Source of the DNA: Mobula hypostoma
Lineage: Eukaryota
DNA: 64,000 nt
Assembly: GCF_963921235.1 (NCBI RefSeq)
Contig: NC_086107.1
Location: 96,970,001 to 97,034,000, forward strand
Reading direction: 5' to 3'
In this document: piece after piece, positions 1-13,174 of the stretch
Numbering within the stretch: the stretch's first letter is position 1
Layout of the letters: each line of letters starts with the position of its first letter
Program-made: the position numbers and the translations under genes
Notes under the pieces: model-generated
What the model saw: only the letters and a program-made list of their open reading frames with translations
What the model was told of the DNA's origin: nothing
Database searches by the model: none

Positions 1-350
1 ATGACCTCATCATTCTGTGCCATGGGCGATCATGGTCAAAGACCATGACTGTTCTTGGAAAATTTTTCTACAGAAGTGGCTTGCCATTGCCTTCTTCTGG
101 GCAGTGCCTTTACAAGATGGGTCTCCCCAGCCATTACCAATACTCTTCAGAGATTGCCTGCCTGTGTTTGCATAACCAGGACCTGTGATATGCACCGGCT
201 GCTCATACGGCCTGCTCCCATGGTTTTGTGTGACTCTCATCAGGGGGCTAAGCAGGTGCTACACCTATCCCAAGGGCAACCTGCAGGCTAGTGGAAGGAA
301 GGAGAGCCTTACACCTCCTTTGGTAGAGACGTATCTCCACCCTGCTACCC
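1..350 (-). mobile_element. Copy of the 24380-24692 retroposon
   Basis: agtggcttgccattgccttcttctgggcagtg...ctcctttggtagagacgtatctccacc is the reverse complement of 24380-24692. Confidence 0.7.
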
Positions 351-960
351 AATGTTGTTGTACCAGACCCTGTCCCACATGTGAGTGTTACTGTCGTCAG
401 TAAAGGATGATTTGGTTGTATCTGGTTTTGCAAGCAGTAAGGAGATTACTGATGTGCCGTTCTGCTCTGACCAGTATCTGCCTGCAGACATAGTGCATTG
501 GATCCCTCAGTCCAGGGGTGATTGCACCACCTGCAGGCGTTGCCTGTGATCGAATGAATCAAAGAGAAGCAGTTTGCTTCCAGTGTCCTGTTTCCCAGTT
601 CCAGCTGGAAGCACAAACTCTGAGGGCAGATTGTGGGAAGTGCTGGGAGATTCTGAATCAAGATTTGAAGATTGTTTCACACACAAAATGCTGGAGGAAC
701 TCAGCAGGACGGCTTAAGGGTCTTGGCCCAAAACATCAACTGTACTCTTTTCCATAGATGCTTCCTGGCCTGCTGAGTTCCTTCAGTATTGTGTGTGTCT
801 TGCCTATATATTATGGTCTTATTTCTTGAGTTTCTTGACCTTCATCATCCCTCCCTTCTAATTTCACTTTCTAAGGCCGCAGTCCTTCTCTAAACCACTC
901 ATTCGTCCTGTCTCACTCTCCACGTTTAAGATAAATAAAGGTTAGGTGAGCTTTATTTGT

Positions 961-1252
961 TGACGTATGGCCAAGTGGTTAAGGCGTTCGTCTAGTGATC
1001 TGAAGGTCGCTAGTTTGAGCCTTGGCTGAGGCAGCGTGTTGTGTTCTTGAGCAAGGCACTTAACTACACATTGCTCTGCGACGGCACCGGTGCCAAGCTG
1101 TATGGGTCCTAATGCCCTTCCCTTGGACAACATCGGTGGTGTGGAGAGGGGAGACTTGCAGCATGGGAAACTGCTGCAACCTTGCCCAGACCTGCACCCT
1201 GGAAACCTTCCAAGGCGCAAATCCATGGTCCCATCAGACTAACGGATACCTA
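961..1252 (+). mobile_element. tRNA-derived SINE with the same head as 9198-9480 but a different tail
   Basis: tggccaagtggttaaggcgtt...gtttgagcc...gtgttcttgagcaaggcacttaac. The tail is shared with the 36100-36685 family. Confidence 0.82.
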
Positions 1253-3394
1253 TATTGTCACAGGTACATCGGAACTCCCAGTGAAATGTGTTGCTAGCGT
1301 CAAATCAAATCAGCGAGGATTGTGCTGGGGGGTGGGGGCTATCACTTCCAGTGCCAACATAGCATGCCCCCAACTCACCAACCCTAACCCTAACTGTACA
1401 CCTTTGGAATGTGGGCAGAAACGGGAGCAACCGGAGGAAACAAGCATAGTCACAGGGAGGGGGGCGGGGAGAGACGTATAACCTTCATATACTATAGACA
1501 GTAGCAGGATTGAACCCCAGCCTGTGATCGCTGACAGAGATTGTGCTTACAGTTGGGCTACTGTAACCACACGTTGTCAGCCATCTGAGTATTATCTAGT
1601 ACAGTGTCCCACTTAGTATGTTAATGACCCCATTATAGTGATTATCACACTTAACCACATAAAATAAACTTTTTCATAACCACCCACACATCTCTGACAC
1701 CAGGGATCCCGATCACAATCCGAACTGCCCAGCCTCTGTACCCACAACAGAGCAATGACAGTTGTGGGCAACCTTCCTCTTGCCCATAGTTACTCACTGG
1801 TGGCCTGCTGACAGATGCCCTAGTCTGTGAGAGGTGAACAGAGTATGCCCACAACTCACCAACCCTAACCCACTCCGTGAGGCGGCAGCCAGCTGTCTGG
1901 AGTCCACCGACATGGTCAGACCAGAATCATGGGCTGGAAATCCATAAAAACTGCAGATGCTGGAAGTCTGGAATAAAATCCGTGAAAAACTCAGCAGGTC
2001 AGGCAGCCTCTATGGGGAGGCAAACACAGTTAGTGTTTTGGGTTGAGGGTCCCCATGATATTCAGAGGTGAAGTTGGGTGCCACATCTCTCTGGGCCAAC
2101 ACGAGAAAGCGCATAATGGCTGAGGTAACAGAGAGATGGGGCACTCAGAATCAGGTTTAATATCACCAGCATATGTCGCAAATTCTGTAGTTTTGCTGAA
2201 GCAGTACATTGGAATACAGAGTTTTAAAACTGTAAATTACAGTAAGAAGCATATATAAAAATTAAATGAAATACATAATGCAAGAAGAAAGGGAAACATA
2301 CTGATGTAGTGTTCATGGGTTCATTGTCCATTCAGGAATCTGATAGCTGAGGGAAACAGGGAGTGTGTGTCTTCAGGCTCCTGTACCTCCTCCTTGGTGG
2401 TAGCAATGAGAGGGGATCATGTCCTGGGGGACAGGGGTTCTTAATGATGAAGGCAGCCTTTTGAAGGTATCACCCTCCCCCAGTTACAATGTGAGGATCC
2501 TATCACAAACAAGAGAAAATCTGCGGAAGCTGGAAATCCAAGCAACACGCACACGCAGTGCTGGAGGAAGTCAGCAGGCCAGGCAGCATCTGTGGAAAAG
2601 GGTAAACAGTCGACATTTCGGGCCGAGACCCTTCATGGAGGAACGATGCACTGGGGACTGTGCCGATGCAGTTTGGTGTTAGCCCACTCGAAGAGAGAAG
2701 AGATGTTAAAAGACAAACCAAGCCGATGAGGTGGAGGGTTTCACAGGAGGGGGAGAGAGAGAAGGCAGGCCAAGACCAGCAATGGGAGAGTGAGAGAGGG
2801 GATGGTAAGAGGCGACTTGATAGAGTTTACAAGGTGATGAGACGCCTAGACCAAATGGAGAGCCAGAGACATTTTCCCAGGGCAGAAATGCCTGATATGA
2901 AGGGACGTAATTTTAAGGTGATTGGAGTAAAATATAGGGGGATGTCTGAGGCAGGGTGTTTCACACAGAGTGGTAAGTGTGTGGAACGCTCTGCTAGCAG
3001 AGACGCACAACATGCCATGTAAGCAATCCACTGCACCGTGGGGGTGGGGAGCCCAGTGATGTGGCCAAACAATATCCCGAGATGGACACATCTTACTGAT
3101 ATCAGCCAAGCTCAAAACAGTCAAAGCACGCTCTGCCTCCTGATCCTGATGACAGTCTACTTCAAGACAGCAGCTTTGTGAGAAAGAACTGGGAAAGGTG
3201 GAGAGGTCGTCGGCTGGGCTCACTCCAAACAGCTGTATAATACAGGAGACACATCTGTTCTGATGCAGGCTCTCAAAACAAGACATCAACAATTCCTCTC
3301 TCTCTTTCCCCCTTCACCCCAGAACACCAAAACACAGACTGGTCTGTGCTCTGTATATTACAGAACCCCTGACATGTGTGGGCTGCTGCCACTG

Positions 3395-3396
3395 AG

Positions 3397-3428
<32 letters not shown>

Positions 3429-3512
3429 ACATACACAGACATACACAAACAGACACACACATACACACACACACACAGACATACACACACAGACACACAC
3501 AAACACACACAG
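3395..3512. repeat. (CA)n compound microsatellite
   Basis: Direct inspection. Confidence 0.95.
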
Positions 3513-3914
3513 AATCACAGGGTCAGGGATGTCCCCTGGTATAATCGAGGCGGTCCCCCCTCCCACCCCCAATCCAGAGCAAGGTGTCATCCACGATCGG
3601 GCACTGCAGACTGTCTGCTCGAGGGACTGGAACAAGCTTTGAGGGAGAGACTGAAGTTGGGGGGCCAGCTGCAGCAAGGGAGACGGGGCAGGAGCCGCAG
3701 TTTGGAGCCTCCCATCTACTCCACCCAAAGTTACCGAAATTTGTGTCAAAGACCCATCTTCTATTGGCTTTTGATTCAAGGTCAGTCAGGTTTATTGTCA
3801 GAGGGATACATACCCAGGGCATAGATGCTGTGAAAATTAGCACTTATTGTAGAAGTACAGTGCCTTACAGACCTGACAAACATCAGTTACGTACACTTAC
3901 ATTGATATAAAGAT

Positions 3915-4337
3915 AACTGACTTACTGACCGTTCCACCCCTGACGTTTAGGACAGCAATGAAGGATCTCCATCTCTGGTGGTATTCAGGGCTTCCTTCAT
4001 CATGTCAGTAGCTTCCTCTTGGTTTTCACTGCTGTCAGCCATGCAAGTCCTGGGTGGAGACTCAGGAATACCCTCGCAATCAGATGCAGAAGGACTTTTC
4101 ATTGCTGTTTCAGTAACAATTCTGTTCTATGTGTCAGGTTTGTTAGCCCTGCGTTGAACCCCCGAACCTGGAGGACCGGTAGACCACTCTTAGTCTGGCC
4201 TCTACCCTTTGACCTGTTTGGCATGGATGGCCCTACCAAGAGCCAAAGCATAAAGCCTTGACTCCAGCCAACATAGCACTCTGGGTCATTGAGGCATGGA
4301 AGTCTCCAAACCATGACAAGGTTGTGGTCCTCTTGGA
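3915..4337 (-). mobile_element. Short non-autonomous RTE derivative
   Basis: Reverse-complement homologue of 14389-14805. Confidence 0.82.
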
Positions 4338-5175
4338 TGTCATCTACACACAGTGGGGACAATTTACAGCGGCCAATTATCCCACCAGCCCGGACACATC
4401 TTTGAGATGTGGGTGAAAGAGAGAACAACCCAGGGGTATACCCACATGTTCATGGGAAGATCAGGCAATTTCCACACAGACTGCCCTTGCGGCCAGGATC
4501 AAACCAGGGTCTCTGTAACTGTGAGGCAGCGGCTTTACCAGCTGTGCCACTGTGCCACCCTGCTGCTCTGCCCACAAAAGTAATTTCACCAATGAGCTTT
4601 CCAGCTCGAGGATTGCCTCCCTGTCTGTGCCAGGGACTGAGGGCACAGAGTCCCCACAGTTTTCCCTCTCCCTCCCCTCCCACTCCATCTGAGGCTGCCA
4701 CAGCTGGTGTCTTTACGTCTTTCAATATTACTGTCTAGCGGCAAACTGGAGCCTCCTGAACCGATGCTGTGTCCATCTCTCAAGCTCAGGAAACAGCTGC
4801 ACAAGACTGTCGGGCCTGGTGCTAAATTGGGACAATGAACCTTATACACACTAGTAACTAGCTGCAGCTACCTGCAGCTTGCAGCTTGCCCCCTGCCCTC
4901 GAGGGCACAGGAGGATTCCCATTGGCTGCTGAAAGTAAGTATGTAAGTGCACTCAAAAGATGGAAAGTCTGAGAGCTGCTTTATCAGTGTGCATGCAGTC
5001 TAGAGACAACCTCTTTGCACTCTCTTTCTGTTTGCATCTACCATGCATTTGGATGAGTCCCAAACACAGAAGCAATTCTGCAGATGCTGGAAATCCAAAG
5101 CACCACACCCAAACTGATGGAGGAGCTCAGCAAGCGAGACAGCATCTATGGTGCCCATGCTGGAAATCCAAATCA

Positions 5176-5802
5176 ACACACACAATGCCTCTGAGCAAAA
5201 GGTAGTGGATTCAGCCCAGTACATCACAGGTAAAGCCCTCCTGACCATTCAGCACATCTATATGAAACGTTGCCGTAGGAAAGCAGCATCCATCATCACA
5301 GATCCTCACTACTCAAGCCAAGCTCTTTTCTCACTGCTGCCATCAGGTAGAAGAGAGAAATGTGCATGGCCTGGGTGGTGAGGATCTTTGATGATGGTTG
5401 CTGCTTTCCTTCTGCAAAGTTTCATGTAGATGTGCTCAATGGTTGGGCAGAACCCATCAGGTAGAAGGTACAGGTGCCTCAGGACTCACACCACCAGGTT
5501 CAAGAACAGTTATTGCCCCTCAACCACCAGGCTTCAGAACAGAAGGGGATAACTACACTCATTCTATGTCTGGTCTTACCACAACCAATGGTCTCCCTTA
5601 AAAGACTCTCTATCTTGTTATTTCATGGTCTCGCTATTTATTGCTATTTACTTACATTTGCATTTGCACAATTTGTTGTTCATTGATCCTGTTTACAGTT
5701 ACTATTCTATAGATTTGCTGGGTATGCCTGCAGGAAAAAGAATCTCAGGGTTGTATGTGGTGACATGTATGTACTCTAATAATAAACTTTACTTTGAATT
5801 TT
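5176..5802 (+). mobile_element. Rex1/Babar-like LINE 3' fragment containing an inverted 100-bp insert
   Basis: RRKAASIITDPH..QALFSLLPSGR, with a 3' UTR matching 57885-58150. Confidence 0.8.
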
Positions 5803-6169
5803 TGTACTTTTCAAAAGGCTGGAGGAACCCAGCAGTCCAGGCAGCATCTACGTCCTGATGGAGCGTCTTGGCTGGAAATGTTGACTGTTTACTCTTTTCC
5901 ACAGATGCTGCATACCTTGTTGAGTTCCTCCAGCATTTTGTGTGTGTTGCATCTTGGTGAGTTGTTGTGTGGTTTCCCCAAACGTTGTTTCAAGGCGAAT
6001 GTGCTGTGACAACATAATTACTCGGCAAAATGAGGACAGTCTTCATCCTCTGATCTCTCGCTCTATGTAACAAGAGATGCCTATGTCTCTTTAGCACAAA
6101 GTCAGGTTTTGCATTAGTGTAAGTATTGCAGGTTGAAATTGCAAAACCTCTATATTTACATAGCTTCTT

Positions 6170-6942
6170 CCCAAATCAACAACCTTGCATTCAGCGTCAG
6201 TAAGACAAAGGTGTTGATTGTAGACTTTAGAAAGGGTAGAATGAGGGAACATGAACCAATCCTCATAGAGGGATCAGAAGTGGAGAGAGTGAGTAATTTC
6301 AAATTCCTGGGAGTCAAGATCTCGAAGGATCTCACCTGGTCCCAGCATATCGATGCAGCTATAAAGAAGGCAAGACAGCGGCTATATTTCATTAGGAGTT
6401 TGAGGAAACTTCTACAGATGTACTGTGGAGAGCATTCTGACTGGCTGCATCACCAGCTGGTATGTGGGGGGTGGGGGGTGGTTACTGCACAGGATCAAAA
6501 GAAGCTACAGAAAGGTGTAAAATTAGTCAGCTCCATCTTGGGTACTAGCCTCCATAATATCCAAGACATCTTCAAGGAACAGTGCCTCAGAAAGGCAGCA
6601 TCCATTGTTAAGGACCCACATCACCCAGGACATGCCCTCTTCTCGTTGTTACCCTCAGGAAGGATGTACAGAAGCTTGAAGAAACACACTCGGAGATTCA
6701 GGAACAGCTACTTCCACTCTGCCATCCGATTCCTAAATGGAAATGAACCCATGAATACTAACACACTTCTATTATTTCTGTTTTTATGCTATTTTTAATT
6801 TAACTATTTAATATACATATATATACCTACTGTATTCGATTTACTATTTTTTACATTATCCTGTATTGCATTGTTCTGTTGCTGCTGTTAACAAATTTCA
6901 GGATGTATGCCGGTGATATTAAACCTGATTCTGATTCTGATG
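6170..6942 (+). mobile_element. Rex1/Babar-like LINE 3' fragment
   Basis: ORF 6133-6798 (KTKVLIVDFRK, FKFLGV.IS.DLTWS, DPHHPGHALFSLLPSGR..RS, RFRNSYF..AIR.LN) and tail aaacctgattctgattctga. Confidence 0.88.
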
Positions 6943-7799
6943 CTGAATTGAGGCTGCTTTAAAGTGTTCTTTGAAGGCTCATCACTCCTGGAGGGTAGGA
7001 ACTGCAGTGGATGATTTGTGCACCGTGAGATCCCACAAACAGCAGTGATACCTGTGGTATTGGCTGAGGGCTGCACACAGAGAGAACCCGAGGTCAGGAT
7101 TAAACCCGGGGGTCGGTCTGGAGGCTGTGAGGCAGCGGCTCTACCAGCTGAGCCGCGGAGTCACTTTATGGAGGACGTGGTGCCGACAAGTAGCTCGGGT
7201 TGACCAAGGATGGAATTTGATGGGCGTCATGGTAGCATAGCAATCAGCATATCACTTCATTGTGCAGGCGAGGTGGGTTAGATTCCCACCTCAGTTTGTG
7301 GGAGGTTTGTACATTCTCCCCTTGACCATGTGGAATTCCTCCGGCTGCTCCTGTCTCCTCCCACATTCCAAAGATGTATGGATTAGTAGGGGTTACTATG
7401 CTGTGGGCATGCTACGTTGGTGCTGGAAGCATGGCGACAGTTGCAGTCTACCCCCAGTATGTCGTCAGACTGTGTTGGTCGTTGAAACAAAACAGTGCGT
7501 TTCACTAACAAGAGAAAACCTGCAGATGCTGGAACTTTGAGCAACACACACACAAAATGCTGGAGGAACTCAGCAGGCCAGGCAGCATCTATGGGAAAAA
7601 GTACAGTTGACGTTTCGGCCCGAAACCATTCGGCAGGAAAATCCCAGGGATTTTTAAAAATACATTAACAGAAAAAGGGTAATTCGCAGCCCATTAGGCA
7701 CCAAATCAGTGCCTGAAGCCAGAAGCTGTGGATGAGGTGTTAACTGAGGTGCATTTTACTGTCTATTTCGATGTACTCGTGACAAATAAAGCTAGTACT

Positions 7800-10445
7800 T
7801 GTTTTTGATCAATGGTCAGGCCACCGCAGGTAACCTTCCTGATCTCATTTAAAGAAGTGTCAATGGGGGAGCATTTTGGGGTTAGCAATCATACCTTGGA
7901 AAATTTCACAGTGGCTATGAAAATGCATAAAGGCAAGCTAAAAGCTGAGTGCATGTGTTGTAGGAATATTGTTAGACAGGAGCTGGCAAATAGAGACTGG
8001 GAGCACTTACAACTGAACCTGTGTTCAGGCTGTCGGAGTCCTTTAAAAGTGAAACAGTGAAGCTCATAGTCAAACTGGTGAAAGGCAAGGGCAAGGAACA
8101 CTGGATGTCAAGGATTAACGAGGGCTTGATAATGGGAAAAAGGAAGCAATGAGAAGTTAAAGCGTACTGAAAATGGGAAGTGTCATTCATTTCCTGTCAA
8201 CCACCATATATACAGTGTTTAGCATTATTTTATTGACTTACAATCAATCTATTTTATGTATTTATGTTTATTGTGTTTTTTATTATTGTGTTCTTGATCT
8301 TATTGTGTTTTTTTTGTGCAGTATCAGATCTGGAGTAACAATTGTTTCATTCTCCTCTACACTTGCCTACTGGAAATTACATTAAACAGTCTTGAGAAGA
8401 GTGAGTCTTGGGTGTGTGCTTAAAGAATTATCAGGGTATCGAGGAGCTTGAAATAACTCTGGCAGATCAGAGTGAGGAAAATCCCAGGGATTTTTTTAAA
8501 AAATACATTATCAAAGAAAGGGTAATTCGCAGCCCAGTTTGTACAAAAGGGACAATCAGTGCGTGAAGCCAGAAGATGTGGATGAAGTGTTAAATGACTA
8601 ATTCCCGTCTGCATTCACTAAGGAGAAAGAGATTTTACGTAGAACAGAGCACGGTACACCATGGTAACAGACGCTTCAGTTTGTCAAATCTATGCTGATT
8701 ATGATGTCAATTTTACTCACTCCACTTATCTACACATGGTCTATACCTCCCTATTCTCTGCTTGTTCAAATGTCCAAATGTCTCTTAAACGCTTCCAACA
8801 CCTCCCCTGGCAGCATATTCTGTGTACATGCCATGCCCAGAGAAGAAACTTTGCCTCACAAATCTTCTTTAAACTTTACCCCTCTCATCATCAGCCTCTG
8901 CCCTCTGGCATTTGACATTTCCGCCCCAGAGGAAGGACTATCTACTAGGCCTCTCGTAATTTTATGTGCTAGTGTAGTTGGAGATTTCATTTGGGTACAG
9001 TGAAATTCTAGAACAAGTTAAAAAGGAGAGGCATTTGATGCCTTAGAGGCCTTAGCAATGGATAAATCGTTAGAGATGGATAAGGTATACCTCAGCAAGA
9101 GTGGAGATAGCTGGGATTCGATAGAACTATTTAAATCTCCACTAGTCATAGGTGAGTTGCTAGATAACTGAAGGACATAAAATGTGGTATCAAATATGGT
9201 GTGTGGCGCGTGGCCAAGTGGTTAGGGCGTTGGACTAGCGATCTGAAGGTCGTGGGTTCGAGCTTCGGCCGAGGCAGCGTATGTGTCCTTGTGCAAGGCA
9301 CTTAACCACACAATGCTCCAGTCTACCCAGCTGAGAATGGGTACCAGCAAAAATGCTGGGGGTTAACCTCGCGATAGACTGGTGTCCTATCCGGGGGGTG
9401 GGGGTCTCGTACTCTCAGTCACTTCACGCCATGGAAACCGGCACCGGCCTGATAGGCTACAAGGCTCATGACGGACTTTAATCAAATATAGTACCTTTAT
9501 CCAAGAAGGGATAAACCATGTAATTGTAGGCCAATTACTTTAAAATCAGTAATATAGAAATTATTAAAAAATGTTCTGACAGACAGGATTAATCAACACT
9601 TGGAAAAACGTGAATAATCAGGGATAGTCAACTTGGTTTTGTTGGCGGGAGTTCTTAACCATGTAATTTAATAACTTTTCTGAACCCGTAATGAAGAAGT
9701 TTGCACTTGACGTGGCTTACATAGACTTCAGAAAGGCTTCTGACAAGGTATCATATTGAAGCTGGTTCAAAGGATTAGTGCCTATGGGGTCCAAGCGAAA
9801 TTGGAAGATTGGAGCCAATAATATATTGAAAATAGGGCAGAGAGGGTGATGTGGAGAGTTCCTTTTAAGGATGAAAGCCTGTGCCCAGTGGTGTGCCAGA
9901 GGGATTGGAGTTATACAGGGTGCGGGGTTAGTCACAGACTGCAGGATGTTATTGGTCATCTAGTAAATTGGACCAAGCAGTGCCAGATGGAATTCAATCC
10001 TGAGAAATGTGAGGTGATAGCCTTTGGGAGGACTACGTCCATTGTGAATGATCAGGCCTTGGGAGCATTGAGGAACAGAGAGATTTTGGTGTACGAGTAT
10101 CAGGATTCCTGAAGGAGGCAGCACTGGATGATAGAAAGGTGAGAAAGGCTTATAGGATGCTCTGTTTCATTTGTACAGAATGCAAGAGGAGGGAGGTTTT
10201 AATGCAATCTTACAAAACATTGGTCAGACCATGGCTGGAATAGTACTTCCTGCTCTGGTCAGCAGACTATAGGAAGGATGTGATTGCAGTGGAGAGGGTG
10301 AGGTGGGATTCACTGGGATGTTGCCAGGGATGGAACTTCTCAGTTAGAAACAGAGACTGGATAAGCTGGACTTGTTTAGAGAGAGGTGTAGATAGTGTTA
10401 ATGGTGAGAAACCTTTCCCCGTAGCAGAGGTGACTAAGACTGAAG
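7800..10445 (+). mobile_element. Old degraded CR1 LINE with secondary insertions
   Basis: Remnants of CR1 ORF2 (GEHFGVSNH, DFRKASDKVS, QMEFNPEKCEV) interrupted by a SINE (9198-9480) and other fragments. Confidence 0.7.
9198..9480 (+). mobile_element. tRNA-derived SINE with CORE-like central domain
   Basis: A box tggccaagtgg, B box ggttcgagc, core gtgtccttgtgcaaggcacttaacc, and 9-bp TSD atcaaatat (9189-9197 / 9481-9489). Confidence 0.88.
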
Positions 10446-10450
10446 GAATA

Positions 10451-10457
10451 TACACAA

Positions 10458-10503
<46 letters not shown>

Positions 10504-10558
10504 AAATGCACACACACCACACACACACAACACACAACACACACGGAAATGTACACAT

Positions 10559-10600
<42 letters not shown>

Positions 10601-10801
10601 TCACTCACTCACACACTCAAATGCACATGCACACACACGTACACACATACACACACACACACACACAACACAGGGAAATGTACACACACACACGCACGTG
10701 GGCACACACAAATACATGCACACAATGCACACTTACATATGCACACACTTATACACACACACACACAAACACATACACACGTATACACACGTACACATAC
10801 A
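10451..10801. repeat. (CA)n compound microsatellite
   Basis: Direct inspection. Confidence 0.97.
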
Positions 10802-10842
10802 TGGTTTTTTGCTCATCAGAGTGAAAAGATGAACTAGATCTA

Positions 10843-10975
10843 GACAAGAGAAAATCTGCAGATGCTGGAAATCCAAAGCAAAACACACAAAATGCTGGAG
10901 GAACTCAGCAGGCCAGGTAGCATCTATGGAAAAGAGTAAACAGTCAATGTTTCGGGCCGAGACCCTTCAGCTGGA
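10843..10975 (-). repeat. Penelope-derived repeat copy (others near 676-800, 2505-2640, 5063-5175, 5815-5950, 7507-7634, 15620-15690, 36730-36980, 38465-38585, 54410-54565, 59000-59130)
   Basis: Shared consensus aaatctgcagatgctggaaatcc...acacaaaatgctggaggaactcagcaggccaggcagcatctatggaaaagagtaaacagtc..gtttcgggccgagacccttc. Confidence 0.8.
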
Positions 10976-12477
10976 TCTGGAATGAATACAAAATAAGGTT
11001 TCCTCAGCCCGAGTTTTCTGATGGGAAGCCTAATTGCTGTTGGCACTGATTCGTTTTGTAATCTCAGGTAGTTTATACAACTCTTGCTAGAAGCTGGAGT
11101 TAAGATGAGTTTGTTAACTAGTTCATTCATGGTCGGCTGCACATTAATCTTGTTGACCGGTTGGCTCGGTCAGTTTGCTGGTTGTGAGTTCACCAGTCGG
11201 TTATTCAGGGACCAATGGATTTTTGAATACGTTGGTTGTAAGGTGAAGCTGGTGGTCATCTCAGTCATTACCTGCTTCCTGTTCAGTTTTTGTCTCCTTT
11301 TGCATACCAGCTGATTTGCATCTCTGTACTTTTGTGAGAGCGTGGAGCCCCTCTGAAACTAATTCCAAAAGTGCTGTCTCCCTTTTGCTGCTCTCTGTGT
11401 TTGAGCTCTCCACCAACAATGTTGCCTCTGCTTTCATTCAGAGGTCCCCAGGGCCAGTGCCAGGCAGACAACCAGGAAACAGAGTGACCCGCAGCAGAGC
11501 TTTCTCACCACCTACAGCCGCTGGTGTTAGTGAGCCACCAGTAGTGAGAGCTCAGCAGTGTGGGAACTTAACTCTTCGGTTAACCAGGGAACGGGGGCCC
11601 ACATGCAGATCACTGTTTCAACATCAGCCACCTGTGACTCAGTCCTTGGGTCTATGCAACCACTACTAAACCCAGCACAGAACCAAGATCTGTTAACCAA
11701 GATGACAGGAGCTGTTAGACTCACAGAGTCCTCGAGCAATACAGCAACAATACAGGCCCTTAGGCCCGACAAGCCATGCTGCCCACCCAGCTGGTCCCAA
11801 TTTCCTGTGTTCAGCCCATATCCCTCCACAACTCACCCCTCCATCTACCGAGTGATGAGCTTCTTAAGTGATCATGTCATACCTGCCTCAACCAGTCCCT
11901 CTGGCAACTCGTTCCATACACTCACCACCCTCTGCTTGGAAAAGTTGCCCCTCAAGTCCCTTTTAAATCCTTCCTTCTCGCCCTAAACCGAGGGTGGAGC
12001 GTTACGTAGGAGGGAAGGATTAGCGTGATCTTAGAGTAGGTTAAAATGTCAGCACAGCATCGTGAGCCAAAGGGCTTGTACTCTGCTATAATGTTCTATG
12101 TCCTATGTCCTAGACCTCTAGTTTTCGACTCCCCTACCCTGGGGAAAGGACTGTTACCACCCTCCTTATCTGTGCTTCCCATAATCCACTCTTTCAGCTG
12201 TAGTTGCCTACGTAAGGACTGGGTTTGAAGTGACAGTTTCCTTACGTCACTGGAGAGCAGATTTGGAACCCTCACACCTTTTCAGGTTTTGACTGCGGGG
12301 CTGAGTAAGTTTCCACCGGTTTCCCCAGTCCGTAGTTAAACAAATTATTTCGACCCTACTGATAAACATGCTGCCCGTCAACCTCTCCCCCTTCTTTGTC
12401 GGGGAGTAGTCGATCTCCCTGAGCGGCCTCAGGCGACAGTAAAACAACGCCACGGGGCAAAGCCGCTCCTCGCCGCG

Positions 12478-12725
12478 TCAGAGACCGGGGTTCGATCCTG
12501 ACCTCAGGCGCTGAGTTTGCACGTTCTCCCTGTGACTGTGTGGGATCTCCCGCCCCCCACCAATGAGTGCTTCCCCCACCCTGAAGATGTGTTAGCCAGT
12601 AGGCTGACTGGCTCTTGTAGCTGGCCCTGGGTGGGGATAGCTGGTGGGCATATGAGCAAGAATCACTTACTGGGAAGTGTACGATGGTCGGGGACTGTCC
12701 CAGGTAGTGGCATTGACTCGATGGG
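12478..12725 (+). mobile_element. V-domain SINE (HE1-like); degraded relatives near 1260-1570, 4340-4560, 7225-7400, 16250-16480, 17900-18200, 56480-56750
   Basis: B box ggttcgatcc followed by the V-SINE motif gagtttgcacgttctccctgtgactgtgtggg. Confidence 0.65.
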
Positions 12726-13174
12726 TTGTGGTTGCAAGCTCGAGAGGAGTAGATTAGACACCTGTTTGTGTTGCCAGTTCAATATCACAGCTGGTTGGCC
12801 TGGTACCGGCGAGAGGAACTGCCCGAAACTCTCTGCACACCGATTTCACTTAATACCATGTGGAGCTCCCAAGGAGGATGGAGGTACAGCCCTTGGCGAC
12901 CACAAAAGCACATCCTGTGGTAGAGGCAGGAGGCAAGTCCACCCCAGCACCCTGCTGGCCCCGGGTACAGCTGGTCGGCGGCGTCGCTGCTGTGAAGCAA
13001 AAGGGAAACCTCATCCGCCTGTGCACCACCAGGGATAGCAGCCCTCTCACTGCATGTGGGAAAGGGGGCAGGCATACCCCCGCAGAACTCAGCCTTCCCC
13101 TTTGCGAGCACAAAATCACTTGGTATTATGACCCTTCCTCCTCTGTGTGGTGGACAGTGATGTTGATGGAGGCT

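Noticed and set aside
961..1035. tRNA-like sequence (also 9200-9275)
   Set aside because: It continues into a SINE core and tail, and the second copy has a TSD. These are SINE heads, not tRNA genes.
1075..1160. Twister-like string accggtgccaagctg...ggagagggg in the SINE tail
   Set aside because: I could not build P1, P2 and both pseudoknots by eye, so the resemblance is too partial. An Infernal twister search would settle it.
9430..9470. gaaac...ctgata near the SINE 3' end as a possible hammerhead
   Set aside because: The core is not CUGANGA and there is no room for the required stems.
10267..10837. His/Thr- and Cys/Val-rich ORFs (also 3263-3642, 46555-47213, 51010-51438, 62120-62591)
   Set aside because: These are translations of microsatellite or low-complexity DNA.
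11311..11669. Possible plus-strand exon after a pyrimidine-rich ...cataccag, with an open frame of over 100 codons
   Set aside because: No recognisable protein similarity, no convincing donor site and no partner exons. It cannot be supported without RNA data.
12247..13120. GC/CpG-richer unique stretch with several overlapping ORFs
   Set aside because: No recognisable motifs. Part is a V-SINE, and overlapping ORFs in several frames are expected from GC content.
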